Positions 28,332-36,295 of a DNA stretch of 64,000 nt are shown one piece after another. Position numbers and translations under genes: made by a program. The DNA lies in contig OZ246890.1 in assembly GCA_965231815.1 (NCBI GenBank), forward strand, positions 2,577,388 to 2,641,387. Direction: 5' to 3'. This stretch comes from Acidimicrobiia bacterium (GTDB lineage: Bacteria > Actinomycetota > Acidimicrobiia > Spongiisociales > Spongiisociaceae). Each line of letters opens with the position of its first letter. Within the stretch, counting starts at the first letter, position 1. The notes beneath the pieces are model-generated. The model saw nothing but the letters and a program-made list of their open reading frames with translations, made no database searches and was not told where the DNA came from.

Positions 28332-29305
28332 CCGTCCGTGAAGACCGCTTCGAGGGCGGTCTCGCTCGCGGGTAGAGGGCTCTGCTCGGCGAAACTCACC
28401 GCGTCCGACACTTCACTCCGGGTCTGCTCCCGAACCTCGGCGCGTTGCTCCTCGGTAATCCACATTTTCCTGACCAACGTTCGCTCCCACCGGTCAAGGG
28501 GGTCCTTGAGACGATGGCGATCAACTTCGGCGGCCTCCCGGTAGACCTCGGCATCACCCACGTAGTGGCCTCCCAGCCGATAGGTTTCCATGTTGAGGAG
28601 GGTCGGACCCAGGCCGCTTCTCGCTCGTTCGACCGCCCCCAGAGTGGTTTCATAGATCGCTCCGGCGTCATTGCCGTCCACTGTCCGCCCAGGTATTCCG
28701 TAGGCGTCGGCCCGAACCGATAGATCGTCCACCGACGTGGTTCGCGTCCGGGAGGTGAACTGGGCGAACTGGTTGTTCTCGCATACGTAGACCACGGCGA
28801 GGTGTTGCACCGCAGCAAAGTTCAGGGCTTCATGGAAGGTGCCCTTGTTGATTCCGCCATCCCCGAAGAAAGCGACCACCACCTGAGCCGTACTCCTCAT
28901 CCGGGCTGACAAGGCGGCCCCGGCCGCGATTCCCAACCCCCCGGCGACTATTCCGTTGGCGCCCAGCATCCCCTTCGAGAAGTCGGCCACATGCATTGAA
29001 CCGCCCCGCCCGCGGCAGGCGCCGGTTTCCTTGCCGTACAACTCCGCCATGATTCCGTTTAGTTCGATACCCTTGGCTATGGCATGTCCGTGACCGCGAT
29101 GGGTTGAGGTGATGTAGTCATCGCTCCGGAGCGTTTCACACACCCCGGCTGCGATGGCTTCCTGCCCGAGGTAGGTATGAACGAAACCGGGCAGCTTTCC
29201 GGCCTTGAACAGTTCCTCCACCCTGGTCTCGAACAGCCTGATTCTTACCATGGTCCGGTAGATGCGCAGGGCGGCCGCCCGGGTTATCGAGATGGAGGGC
29301 GTCAT
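28328..29305 (-). CDS. alpha-ketoacid (pyruvate/acetoin) dehydrogenase E1 component alpha subunit (TPP-binding)
   Basis: Start set at MTPSISITRAAALRIYRTM… (ATG 29305, ATGA overlap with the SDR stop); TPP-binding GDG…N motif; the ORF-track N-terminal extension is antisense to the SDR gene. Confidence 0.85.
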   Translation of the reverse strand: MTPSISITRAAALRIYRTMVRIRLFETRVEELFKAGKLPGFVHTYLGQEAIAAGVCETLRSDDYITSTHRGHGHAIAKGIELNGIMAELYGKETGACRGRGGSMHVADFSKGMLGANGIVAGGLGIAAGAALSARMRSTAQVVVAFFGDGGINKGTFHEALNFAAVQHLAVVYVCENNQFAQFTSRTRTTSVDDLSVRADAYGIPGRTVDGNDAGAIYETTLGAVERARSGLGPTLLNMETYRLGGHYVGDAEVYREAAEVDRHRLKDPLDRWERTLVRKMWITEEQRAEVREQTRSEVSDAVSFAEQSPLPASETALEAVFTDG

Positions 29306-30051
29306 TGCGCTGTGTAGCCGCCGTCGATGGCGATGATCTGGCCGGTCACCATAGCTGAGGCCGTCCCTACCAGGAACGCCACCGGTCCGGCCACATCCTC
29401 GGGGGTGGCTAGGCGATTCATCGGGGTTCTGCTTAGAAAGTACTCCTTGAGTTCGGGTTCGGACTCCCACTGCTTGCGAACCAACTCGGTAGCCACATGA
29501 CCCGGCGCTACTGCGTTCACCCTCACGCCCGAAGGGGCCCACTCGACCGCCAAGGCTCGGGTTAGCTGGACCACGCCTCCCTTGCTTACCTGGTAGCCGA
29601 CGCTCCCCGGAAACGCCACCAGACCTCCGATCGAGGCGATGTTCACGATCGAACCGCTTCCGCGTTCGATCATCCGGCGACCCACCGACCGGCACATGTT
29701 GAATGTACCCTTGAGGTTGACGTCGATAACCTGATCAAGCAGGCGGTGGGGGTAGGTGAGAGCCGCTCCGCGTCCGCCGATACCGGCGCTGTTCACCAAC
29801 CCGTCAACCTTGCCGAACCGATCGATCACCTCCGTCACTGCGTTGTCGACCGCCGCGGCATCCGTGACGTTCACGGCCAAGGCCAAGCCCTCGATACGAT
29901 CCGCCACCTTCTGATTCTGTTCAGCGGCCTGGTCCAGGCAGGCAACCCGGGCGCCGCTCTCGGCGAGAGCGATCGCGATGGCCTTGCCGAGGCCGCTCGC
30001 GGCGCCGGTGACCAAGACAACCTTGCCCTCCAGCCGGAACTGCGGCTGCAT
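29302..30051 (-). CDS. short-chain dehydrogenase/reductase (SDR; acetoin reductase/butanediol dehydrogenase-like)
   Basis: MQPQFRLEGKVVLVTGAASGLGKAIA… TGxxxGxG, NSAG and YxxxK motifs; 250 aa; start overlaps the lipoyl-protein stop (TAATG). Confidence 0.85.
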   Translation of the reverse strand: MQPQFRLEGKVVLVTGAASGLGKAIAIALAESGARVACLDQAAEQNQKVADRIEGLALAVNVTDAAAVDNAVTEVIDRFGKVDGLVNSAGIGGRGAALTYPHRLLDQVIDVNLKGTFNMCRSVGRRMIERGSGSIVNIASIGGLVAFPGSVGYQVSKGGVVQLTRALAVEWAPSGVRVNAVAPGHVATELVRKQWESEPELKEYFLSRTPMNRLATPEDVAGPVAFLVGTASAMVTGQIIAIDGGYTAQ

Positions 30052-30305
30052 TAGGAGGCGATGTACGCCAGGGTTGTTCCGACCGCAACCTCGTTGTCCG
30101 ACACCCCGACCACAATGTCCAGAGTGCCTGCGGCCGGTGTCTCCAGCATCACCTCGGCCTTCTCGGTTTCTACTACCACAACTTCCTGGCCTTCCGCTAC
30201 CTCCGAGTGGGTCTCGACCAGCCATTCGATGACGACTACCTCCTCGACTACACCCATCTGGGGAACGACCAGGGGAACGCTGTTCTGTTTGTCGGTCATC
30301 ATCAT
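30051..30305 (-). CDS. free-standing lipoyl/biotinyl attachment-domain protein (84 aa)
   Basis: VVVETEKAEVMLETPAAGTL matches the lipoyl-lysine motif (E-T-[DE]-K-A…AG) of 2-oxoacid dehydrogenase E2 lipoyl domains; no catalytic or PSBD domain. Confidence 0.7.
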   Translation of the reverse strand: MMMTDKQNSVPLVVPQMGVVEEVVVIEWLVETHSEVAEGQEVVVVETEKAEVMLETPAAGTLDIVVGVSDNEVAVGTTLAYIAS

Positions 30306-30344
30306 TCCTGTGGTCGGGGACGGAATAGATGCATTCTGGCATGA

Positions 30345-30464
30345 TTCTAGGAGAGTCCAGAAAAACGAGTAATTCAGGGTTCGGTGGTTGGCAAACCGCC
30401 TGGTCAGAGAGTTGCGGGTTAACGGCTGAACCCCTTTGTGCGGGGTTTCTCAGGACCCTCCTAG
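30345..30464 (-). repeat. ~120-bp MITE-like intergenic repeat, copy D
   Basis: CTAGGAGAGTCCAGAAAAACGAGTAATTCAGGG…GGGGTTTCTCAGGACCCTCCTAG. Confidence 0.85.
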
Positions 30465-30527
30465 ACCAGTGGGGTTCTCGCCCGTCGGAGTATCGGGTGT
30501 GGGACCGGTTGCCGGTCGCCAAACAAC

Positions 30528-31652
30528 TCATGCACTCCGGCGGGCCTTGCTATACCTCCAGACGAGCAGCAGCAGCACGGACGTAGCGAAGTTGAGTAGT
30601 AACCAGCCGAGGGGGACGTCGTAGTCACCCGTGGTATCTACCGCCCATCCGAAAACCACCGGTCCGATCGTCAACCCCAAACCGAAACCCATCATGACCA
30701 TGGCGGTACTTGCACCGGTCCGCCTCGGTCCGGCCATACTTATAGCTGCGAACATTCCCACCGACATCCACGCCGCCGGGCCTACCCCCATGAATCCTGA
30801 TCCGATCCATAAGAAGGCCGGCGTGGACGAGCCTGCCCACACCAGCGCGATAGCACCCATGCCGATCAAGGCCACGCCGACCAAGGGCTTGAAGGGATCA
30901 CCGGCTCGCTCCGTTATTCTGCCCCACACCATCCGGGCCGCTACTCCGGTCACTCCGGAAACCGCCACAACCAACCCCGCCGTCCCCACGCTGACCCCTA
31001 CCCGTTCCTGAGCGTAAAGGGGCAGGAAAGCGAAGAACGATCCCATTCCGATTCCCATGGTTACGCCGTAGCCCGAGACCCACCATACCGACCGTGGCAC
31101 CGAGCCACCTCTTCTCAACTCGGCGCCGGTCCTTTGAGTAGAACGGGAAGGAACGACCACCAGAACCAGGGCTATCCCTGCCAATGCGGTGAACGATCCG
31201 ATTGCTAGCGCGCTCCGCCATCCCAGCGCATCCGCCATGACAGGGAGTAGGACTCCTGCCAGGAAAACGCCCATTTGGACCCCGGATTGTTTGATGCCGG
31301 TAATCCAACCTCGGGATCCCGGTGGAACGTTCTCGACGATAATGTTGTTGGTCGCCGAGTTACCGCCCCCCGCCGGTACGCCCGCGATTCCCGCGAATAC
31401 GAACAATGACCACAGGTTCCAGGTAAACGACATGGTCATGAGTCCCAGGAAAACGAAGGACAGCATCAGCACCAGCATCCAGCGACCCCCGATCCGGTCG
31501 GCCAGCAGCCCGAGAGGAATGCTGAGGGCCATGATCACGAATGCATGTAGGGTGGCTACCGCTCCCATCTCGGTTCTGGTGAGCCCGAGATCGTCGATAA
31601 AGAAACGGGACAGTATTCCGATAATCGGACCGGGAACCATCGACATCGCCAT
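30528..31652 (-). CDS. MFS transporter
   Basis: 374 aa, 12 predicted TMS, MFS-like loop between TMS2 and TMS3. Confidence 0.8.
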   Translation of the reverse strand: MAMSMVPGPIIGILSRFFIDDLGLTRTEMGAVATLHAFVIMALSIPLGLLADRIGGRWMLVLMLSFVFLGLMTMSFTWNLWSLFVFAGIAGVPAGGGNSATNNIIVENVPPGSRGWITGIKQSGVQMGVFLAGVLLPVMADALGWRSALAIGSFTALAGIALVLVVVPSRSTQRTGAELRRGGSVPRSVWWVSGYGVTMGIGMGSFFAFLPLYAQERVGVSVGTAGLVVAVSGVTGVAARMVWGRITERAGDPFKPLVGVALIGMGAIALVWAGSSTPAFLWIGSGFMGVGPAAWMSVGMFAAISMAGPRRTGASTAMVMMGFGLGLTIGPVVFGWAVDTTGDYDVPLGWLLLNFATSVLLLLVWRYSKARRSA

Positions 31653-31835
31653 ACCGGACGCAAGCGTGATGGTGAGTCCGACCCGTCGGGTATCGGAAAG
31701 CTCGTTTGACTCTGAGTGCCCGATCTGATCGATGCTGTCGCCCTTCGATTATCCGGGGGAGGTCCTCTTCTGCGGTAGGAGAGTACTCCTTCGGAGAAGG
31801 CGGACCCGCCTATCTCGCATCGTGAATCTACCTGC

Positions 31836-31953
31836 CTAGGAGGGTGCTGAGAAACCCCGTACAAAGGGGTTCAGCTGCTAACCCACAACTCCATGACCAT
31901 ACGGTTCGCCGACCACCGAACCCCGAAAGACTCGTTTTTCAGGACCCTCCTAA
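31836..31953 (+). repeat. ~118-bp MITE-like intergenic repeat, copy E (3' TIR degenerate: CTCCTAA)
   Basis: CTAGGAGGGTGCTGAGAAACCCCGTACAAAGGGGTTCAGC…; same orientation as copy A. Confidence 0.8.
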
Positions 31954-31961
31954 TGGGGTTG

Positions 31962-33185
31962 TCAGCGGACCTCCAACCGGAGGGAATTGAAGCCGCGCAG
32001 CACGAACCGCAGCGGTCTGACCGGGTTTTTCGCCAACCGTAACCCCGGAAGTCGCGCCGCGAGCCGCTCCAGCGCCACATCAACTTCCAAGCGGGCAAGC
32101 GGAGCGCCTAAACAGTGGTGGATGCCGCCTCCGAAACTGACGTGGGTAGGATCGCCCCTGCCGATCCGGAACATGTTCGGATCGTCGAAGTGGCGGGGGT
32201 CACGATTGGCGCATCCGAGGAGAACGGTTACCTGCTCGTACCGGTCGATGATCTGCCCGTCCACCTCGTAGGCGTCGGCGACCACCCACCTGTCGAAAGT
32301 CTGGATGGGTGCGTCCCAGCGAAACAACTCCTCGGCAGCGGTCCCCGGATCGACTTGCCCGCCGGTTAGCAAACGCCACTGGTCCCGATGCCGCATCAGG
32401 GCCAGCATCCCGTTGGCCAGCGTATTTACCGAGGCCTCATGTCCTGCATTGAGAAGGGTGATGATCATCGACACGATCTGCGTGTCCGTCAACCTTCCGT
32501 CGTCGGTCCGGGCGAAACAAAGGGCGGTTATCAGGTCGTCACGAGGTTCGGAACGCCGGCGAGCCATCAGTTCCAAGCAGTAATCGGAAAACTCGATGCA
32601 GGCATCCACGGCGGAGCGGACCTGCACTTCGTCGGTGTTGAACTCGTACATCCTGGTGATCCGGGACGACCAGTCGAGCATCCGCCGCCAGTGGGTAGTG
32701 GGTACCCCCAGCAATTCGGCGATGACCTGTACGGAGAAAGGGGCTGCGTAGTCGTTAACGAGGTCCATGCGACCCCTCGACACGATCGGATCGAGCAGCC
32801 GGTCCGCGAGTTCGGTGATCCGGGGCCGGAGTTTCGCCATCCGGCGGTTGGTGAAAGCCCTGGACACCAAACGGCGGAACTTCGTGTGGTTGGGTGGTTC
32901 TAACCACACCAGCGCCCAATGTTCCACGTCGTAATAGGGCGACAGATCGTCGCGGAGCGGGGGAAGCCCCCAAGCCTCACGGTCGACGCTGGGTTGGTCT
33001 ATCCGGCCCAGCCGGCGGTCGCGCAAGGCCTGGCGGACATCGGCATGGCGGGTCAGGAACCAGATCGGTCGGCCGCCCTTGCCGTCCGGACCCCTGAAGA
33101 TGGGCGTCTCGTCGCGAATACGGTCGAAGACAGGGTAGGGATCGGATAGGAAGTCGGGATCGTATATATCGAGAACGGCCGTCAT
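31962..33185 (-). CDS. cytochrome P450
   Basis: FGGGIHHCLGAPLA heme-binding cysteine loop, ExxR, AGHEAS I-helix motif; start at MTAVLDIY…. Confidence 0.9.
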   Translation of the reverse strand: MTAVLDIYDPDFLSDPYPVFDRIRDETPIFRGPDGKGGRPIWFLTRHADVRQALRDRRLGRIDQPSVDREAWGLPPLRDDLSPYYDVEHWALVWLEPPNHTKFRRLVSRAFTNRRMAKLRPRITELADRLLDPIVSRGRMDLVNDYAAPFSVQVIAELLGVPTTHWRRMLDWSSRITRMYEFNTDEVQVRSAVDACIEFSDYCLELMARRRSEPRDDLITALCFARTDDGRLTDTQIVSMIITLLNAGHEASVNTLANGMLALMRHRDQWRLLTGGQVDPGTAAEELFRWDAPIQTFDRWVVADAYEVDGQIIDRYEQVTVLLGCANRDPRHFDDPNMFRIGRGDPTHVSFGGGIHHCLGAPLARLEVDVALERLAARLPGLRLAKNPVRPLRFVLRGFNSLRLEVR

Positions 33186-33243
33186 GGTCCCACCGTACCG
33201 AACCACCCGGAACCGGCCATGAGAAGGAGAGACCGGTGGCCGC

Positions 33244-34089
33244 TCACTCGACCAGCGGCCACACCGCGTAGGACGAAGCGCCTACCCCCGATTCGAACTC
33301 GTTCGCGGACGCCTCGATCCTGCGGAAGGCTTCCTCCTGGTCGAAACGGGTAAAGCGTCCTCCATCCAGGATGGCTTCCCCGTCTACGAACACGGTGTCC
33401 ACAGTGCTCGAGCCCCGGAAGTAGACAAGGTTGTCGACCGGATCCCGGAACCGTGGATACGCCTCCGGTCTGTCGAGGCTGTGGATAACTAGGTCGGCTC
33501 GCTTCCCGACCTCGATCGAGCCGACCTCCTGTTCGAGACCCAGCGCTCTGGCGCCGTGGAGAGTGGCCATCTCCAGGACGGTCTCGCCGGTCAGTACGGG
33601 TAGTTCCCCGCGAAACTCTCGAAACCCCACTGCGGCCAGGTACGCCTGCCGTAGCACGTCCCGACGTCCGCTGTAGCCGTCGGAACCCAGCGCCACCGGT
33701 ACGCCCAACGCCAACATCTCGGGGAAAGACCCGTTCCGGATGGCGCCCATCCCACGCCGCAACGATGCGGCCGGACAATGCACCACCCGAGCCCCCGAGT
33801 CTGCGACCAGGTCGACCTCTTCGGGAGACAGGTGATTCATGTGCACCAAGGTCAGGTTCTCGTCCAGCACCCCGATGTCGGCCAGGTGCTCGATCGGACG
33901 GCATCCGTACAAGTTCTCGGAGATGGTTACCTCCTCGGGATCCCACGACTGGTGCATGATCATCGGTGCCCCGTGGCGCCCGGCGAGAGCATGAGCCTCT
34001 ATCAGCAACCGATCGGAACAACGCATGCAGCCGTACATGGTCGCTCCGCCCCGGACCCGCCCTCCGTTGCGGAACGGATAGCGGGTCAT
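33244..34089 (-). pseudogene. amidohydrolase-family (MtaD/SsnA/chlorohydrolase-like) protein lacking the N-terminal ~160 aa including the HxH metal site - probable gene remnant
   Basis: Contains only the C-terminal half motifs (…HMNHLS…VVHCPAAS…LGSDG); starts abruptly with ATGA overlap to the upstream PTE-like gene. Confidence 0.45.
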
Positions 34090-34883
34090 CTGATCTTCCA
34101 GTCGATGAGACGCTTGATACTGTGTAGCACCCGGCTGCGGTGGAAGGGGGTCATGTCCGGGAGGCTGCCCATACGGTCGAACGACACGCAGGCTCCTCGG
34201 TGGGCGATCTCGGCGTGGTACCGGGGATATGGCTGGCCGCCCGAGTGAGCCACGACCACCCGGTCTAGTTCGACGCCCTCCTCCTCCAGAACATCGAGTT
34301 GCTCCAGACCGCCGATACCTCTCGTAGTGTGGGTGGTCAGTCCGACTCCGGTCTCGATCTGGGCGCGTCCCGCGGCCCGTAGGACCCTTTCCTCCATGGC
34401 CGACAAGTAGTTGTACTGAGCCCCGATCTCTCCGATGATCCCGGCCTTCACATCGGTCCTCTCCATGCCTTCACGCAGTTCACGAATGATCTCCTCCGCC
34501 AACTGGTCGGTGGACAGGTCCTTCAAACGAGGTTTGTAGTAGTTCTCGTGGTACCAGCCGGCGCCCATGATTATCTTGAGGCCGCTTTGCTCGGCAACTC
34601 GGCGCACTGCTAGCGGGGGAGGTAACGGAGTAAGGCTTTCCTGCTCGAACATTATGGAATTGTCGTACTCCCTGAGCCCTCCGCTCGTCAGGTCCACGAC
34701 GGTGGCCCCGCCCGCCTGCCGGAGCAGGTCGAGTTCGATGTTCGCCAGTTCGGGGTCGTTGAGAAGGTTGGTGAATATCCAGGCGTCCCGCATCAGGTCG
34801 AGGAATATGTGTTCGTGCAGGAGGGTAAGACCGAGATCCTCCACATCTACAGGACCTGTCACCGTCATTACCTGGTTAACCAT
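34086..34883 (-). CDS. phosphotriesterase (PTE)-family metal-dependent hydrolase, apparently C-terminally short
   Basis: LTLLHEHI (PTE HxH site), GIIGEIG…TTHT…VVAHSG segments colinear with phosphotriesterase-homology proteins; lacks the last ~70 aa of typical PTEs. Confidence 0.6.
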   Translation of the reverse strand: MVNQVMTVTGPVDVEDLGLTLLHEHIFLDLMRDAWIFTNLLNDPELANIELDLLRQAGGATVVDLTSGGLREYDNSIMFEQESLTPLPPPLAVRRVAEQSGLKIIMGAGWYHENYYKPRLKDLSTDQLAEEIIRELREGMERTDVKAGIIGEIGAQYNYLSAMEERVLRAAGRAQIETGVGLTTHTTRGIGGLEQLDVLEEEGVELDRVVVAHSGGQPYPRYHAEIAHRGACVSFDRMGSLPDMTPFHRSRVLHSIKRLIDWKIR

Positions 34884-35006
34884 GTAGCCCTCCTCTGACC
34901 GTTCAAGTATGCCCTATGCCATCGTGATCCAAGAAGTCGCTGCCTCGGAACTATCAGATCACAGTTTCTTGGGGAACCTGGGTTGAGATCACGAGCACGC
35001 CGACTG

Positions 35007-36158
35007 CTATTCGTCCTGTCGCGTCCTGACGATCCGTCTCGTCAAGAAACGAGAGATGGACTCGGTGGGTCTTACCCCGAGACCCGGTTGATCCTCGATC
35101 AGTAGATGCCCGTCGGTCAGTGTGGGAAAGGGGGTAGCCAATCCCTCCCGGAGCGGATTGGGGTTGGAGTCAACCTCCAGCAGGCCATCCCCTCCCGCCG
35201 CAGCCAGCAGGTGGGCTGAAGCGAGGAGTCCGATCCCGCCACCCAGGTAGTGGGGGAAAAACCGTTTACCTGACGCGATGATCCTCCTGGCGACCGGTAA
35301 GCAACCGGAGATACCGCCCCACTTGGTTACGTCGGGTTGGATTATCGTTACGGGGGTCTGTTCGATCATCCGGTTGAACCCGCCGTCACCGTAAACGTTC
35401 TCACCGGCGGCGAGCGGGATATCTGAAGTCTTGGAAAGGAGACGCCAACTATCCGGACGCTGGTCGGCGCCGATAGGTTCTTCCAGCCATGCCGGGAAGT
35501 AGCGGGCCATCTCTCGACATCGGCTAGTCGCCATATCGGTGGACCAGGCCTGGTTTGCGTCGACTGCAATTACCGCGTCGCTACCCAATTCACGCCGGAG
35601 GTTTGCGAGGTTTGCCAGGTCGACTTCTCGGCCGAATCCGACCTTCAGTTTGAAGGCACGGTGACCCGCCGATCTCGCTTCGAGAGCCTGCGCCAGAGCC
35701 TCCTTAGGGCCTATCCCGCTGGCATAGGCAGGTACGCGATCCTGAGCATCGGGCTTTAGGAATCGGTGGAGTGGTCGTCCGGTCCGGCGAGCCGTCATAT
35801 CCCAAATGGCGATATCGATCCCGGCGATAGCGTGCGAGAAAGGCCCCTGTTCACCTGCCTGGAGAGCCACGGTTCGGGTAGCGGAGGTTAGATGATCGAA
35901 GATCGCCCCGGGGTGGGGCCAGGTTCGTCCTATTAGATGAGGAGCGAGCAGATCGCCGACAATTGTTGACCGGTACTCGGCGGCGGGTTCCGGGAAGTTG
36001 CACCAAACCTCCCCATACCCGACCACCCCGTCCGGGTCGCATACCCGGATCAGAACCGCCGGGCGGGTGGTCATGATCCCGAAGGAGGTACGAACGGGTC
36101 GGTTGATCGGAGCCCGGTAGACCTCGACGACCAATTCCTCGATTGCGATCGGTTCCAT
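35007..36158 (-). CDS. enolase-superfamily enzyme (mandelate racemase/muconate lactonizing enzyme family; sugar-acid dehydratase-like)
   Basis: KLKVG…AVDANQAW…EEP metal-ligand pattern of MR/MLE family; start at MEPIAIEEL…. Confidence 0.8.
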   Translation of the reverse strand: MEPIAIEELVVEVYRAPINRPVRTSFGIMTTRPAVLIRVCDPDGVVGYGEVWCNFPEPAAEYRSTIVGDLLAPHLIGRTWPHPGAIFDHLTSATRTVALQAGEQGPFSHAIAGIDIAIWDMTARRTGRPLHRFLKPDAQDRVPAYASGIGPKEALAQALEARSAGHRAFKLKVGFGREVDLANLANLRRELGSDAVIAVDANQAWSTDMATSRCREMARYFPAWLEEPIGADQRPDSWRLLSKTSDIPLAAGENVYGDGGFNRMIEQTPVTIIQPDVTKWGGISGCLPVARRIIASGKRFFPHYLGGGIGLLASAHLLAAAGGDGLLEVDSNPNPLREGLATPFPTLTDGHLLIEDQPGLGVRPTESISRFLTRRIVRTRQDE

Positions 36159-36295
36159 GTCCGGAAGGCCGAACTGTGCGGAGGTGTTGCGTGAACATTC
36201 CATGGTCGGGGAGTATGGTTACCTGGATCGTTGCGAGCCACCCAAGAGCACTCATCGCCGACAGCCGACCGATACATACCGCGAGCCACGAGGAA

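Noticed and set aside
28328-30531. Very long N-terminal extensions of the E1 alpha (455 aa) and SDR (409 aa) ORFs in the six-frame track
   Set aside because: Extensions run antisense through the upstream genes and the MITE copy. Homology begins at internal ATG codons that overlap the upstream stop codons (ATGA/TAATG coupling), so the shorter gene models were used.
15359-31864. Recurring short ORFs sharing peptides such as MCGVSQ..PPR.. and ..RNPAQRGSAVNPQLSDQA.. (15359-15580, 24011-24232, 30436-30624, 31556-31864, N-termini of 15467 and 29302 ORFs)
   Set aside because: They are translations of the five copies of the 118-bp MITE-like repeat in different frames and orientations, not a protein family.
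33182-34021. 279-aa minus-strand ORF rich in Arg/Gly/Pro overlapping the P450-amidohydrolase junction and the amidohydrolase gene
   Set aside because: Alternative-frame ORF overlapping two homology-supported genes. High-GC third-position artefact.
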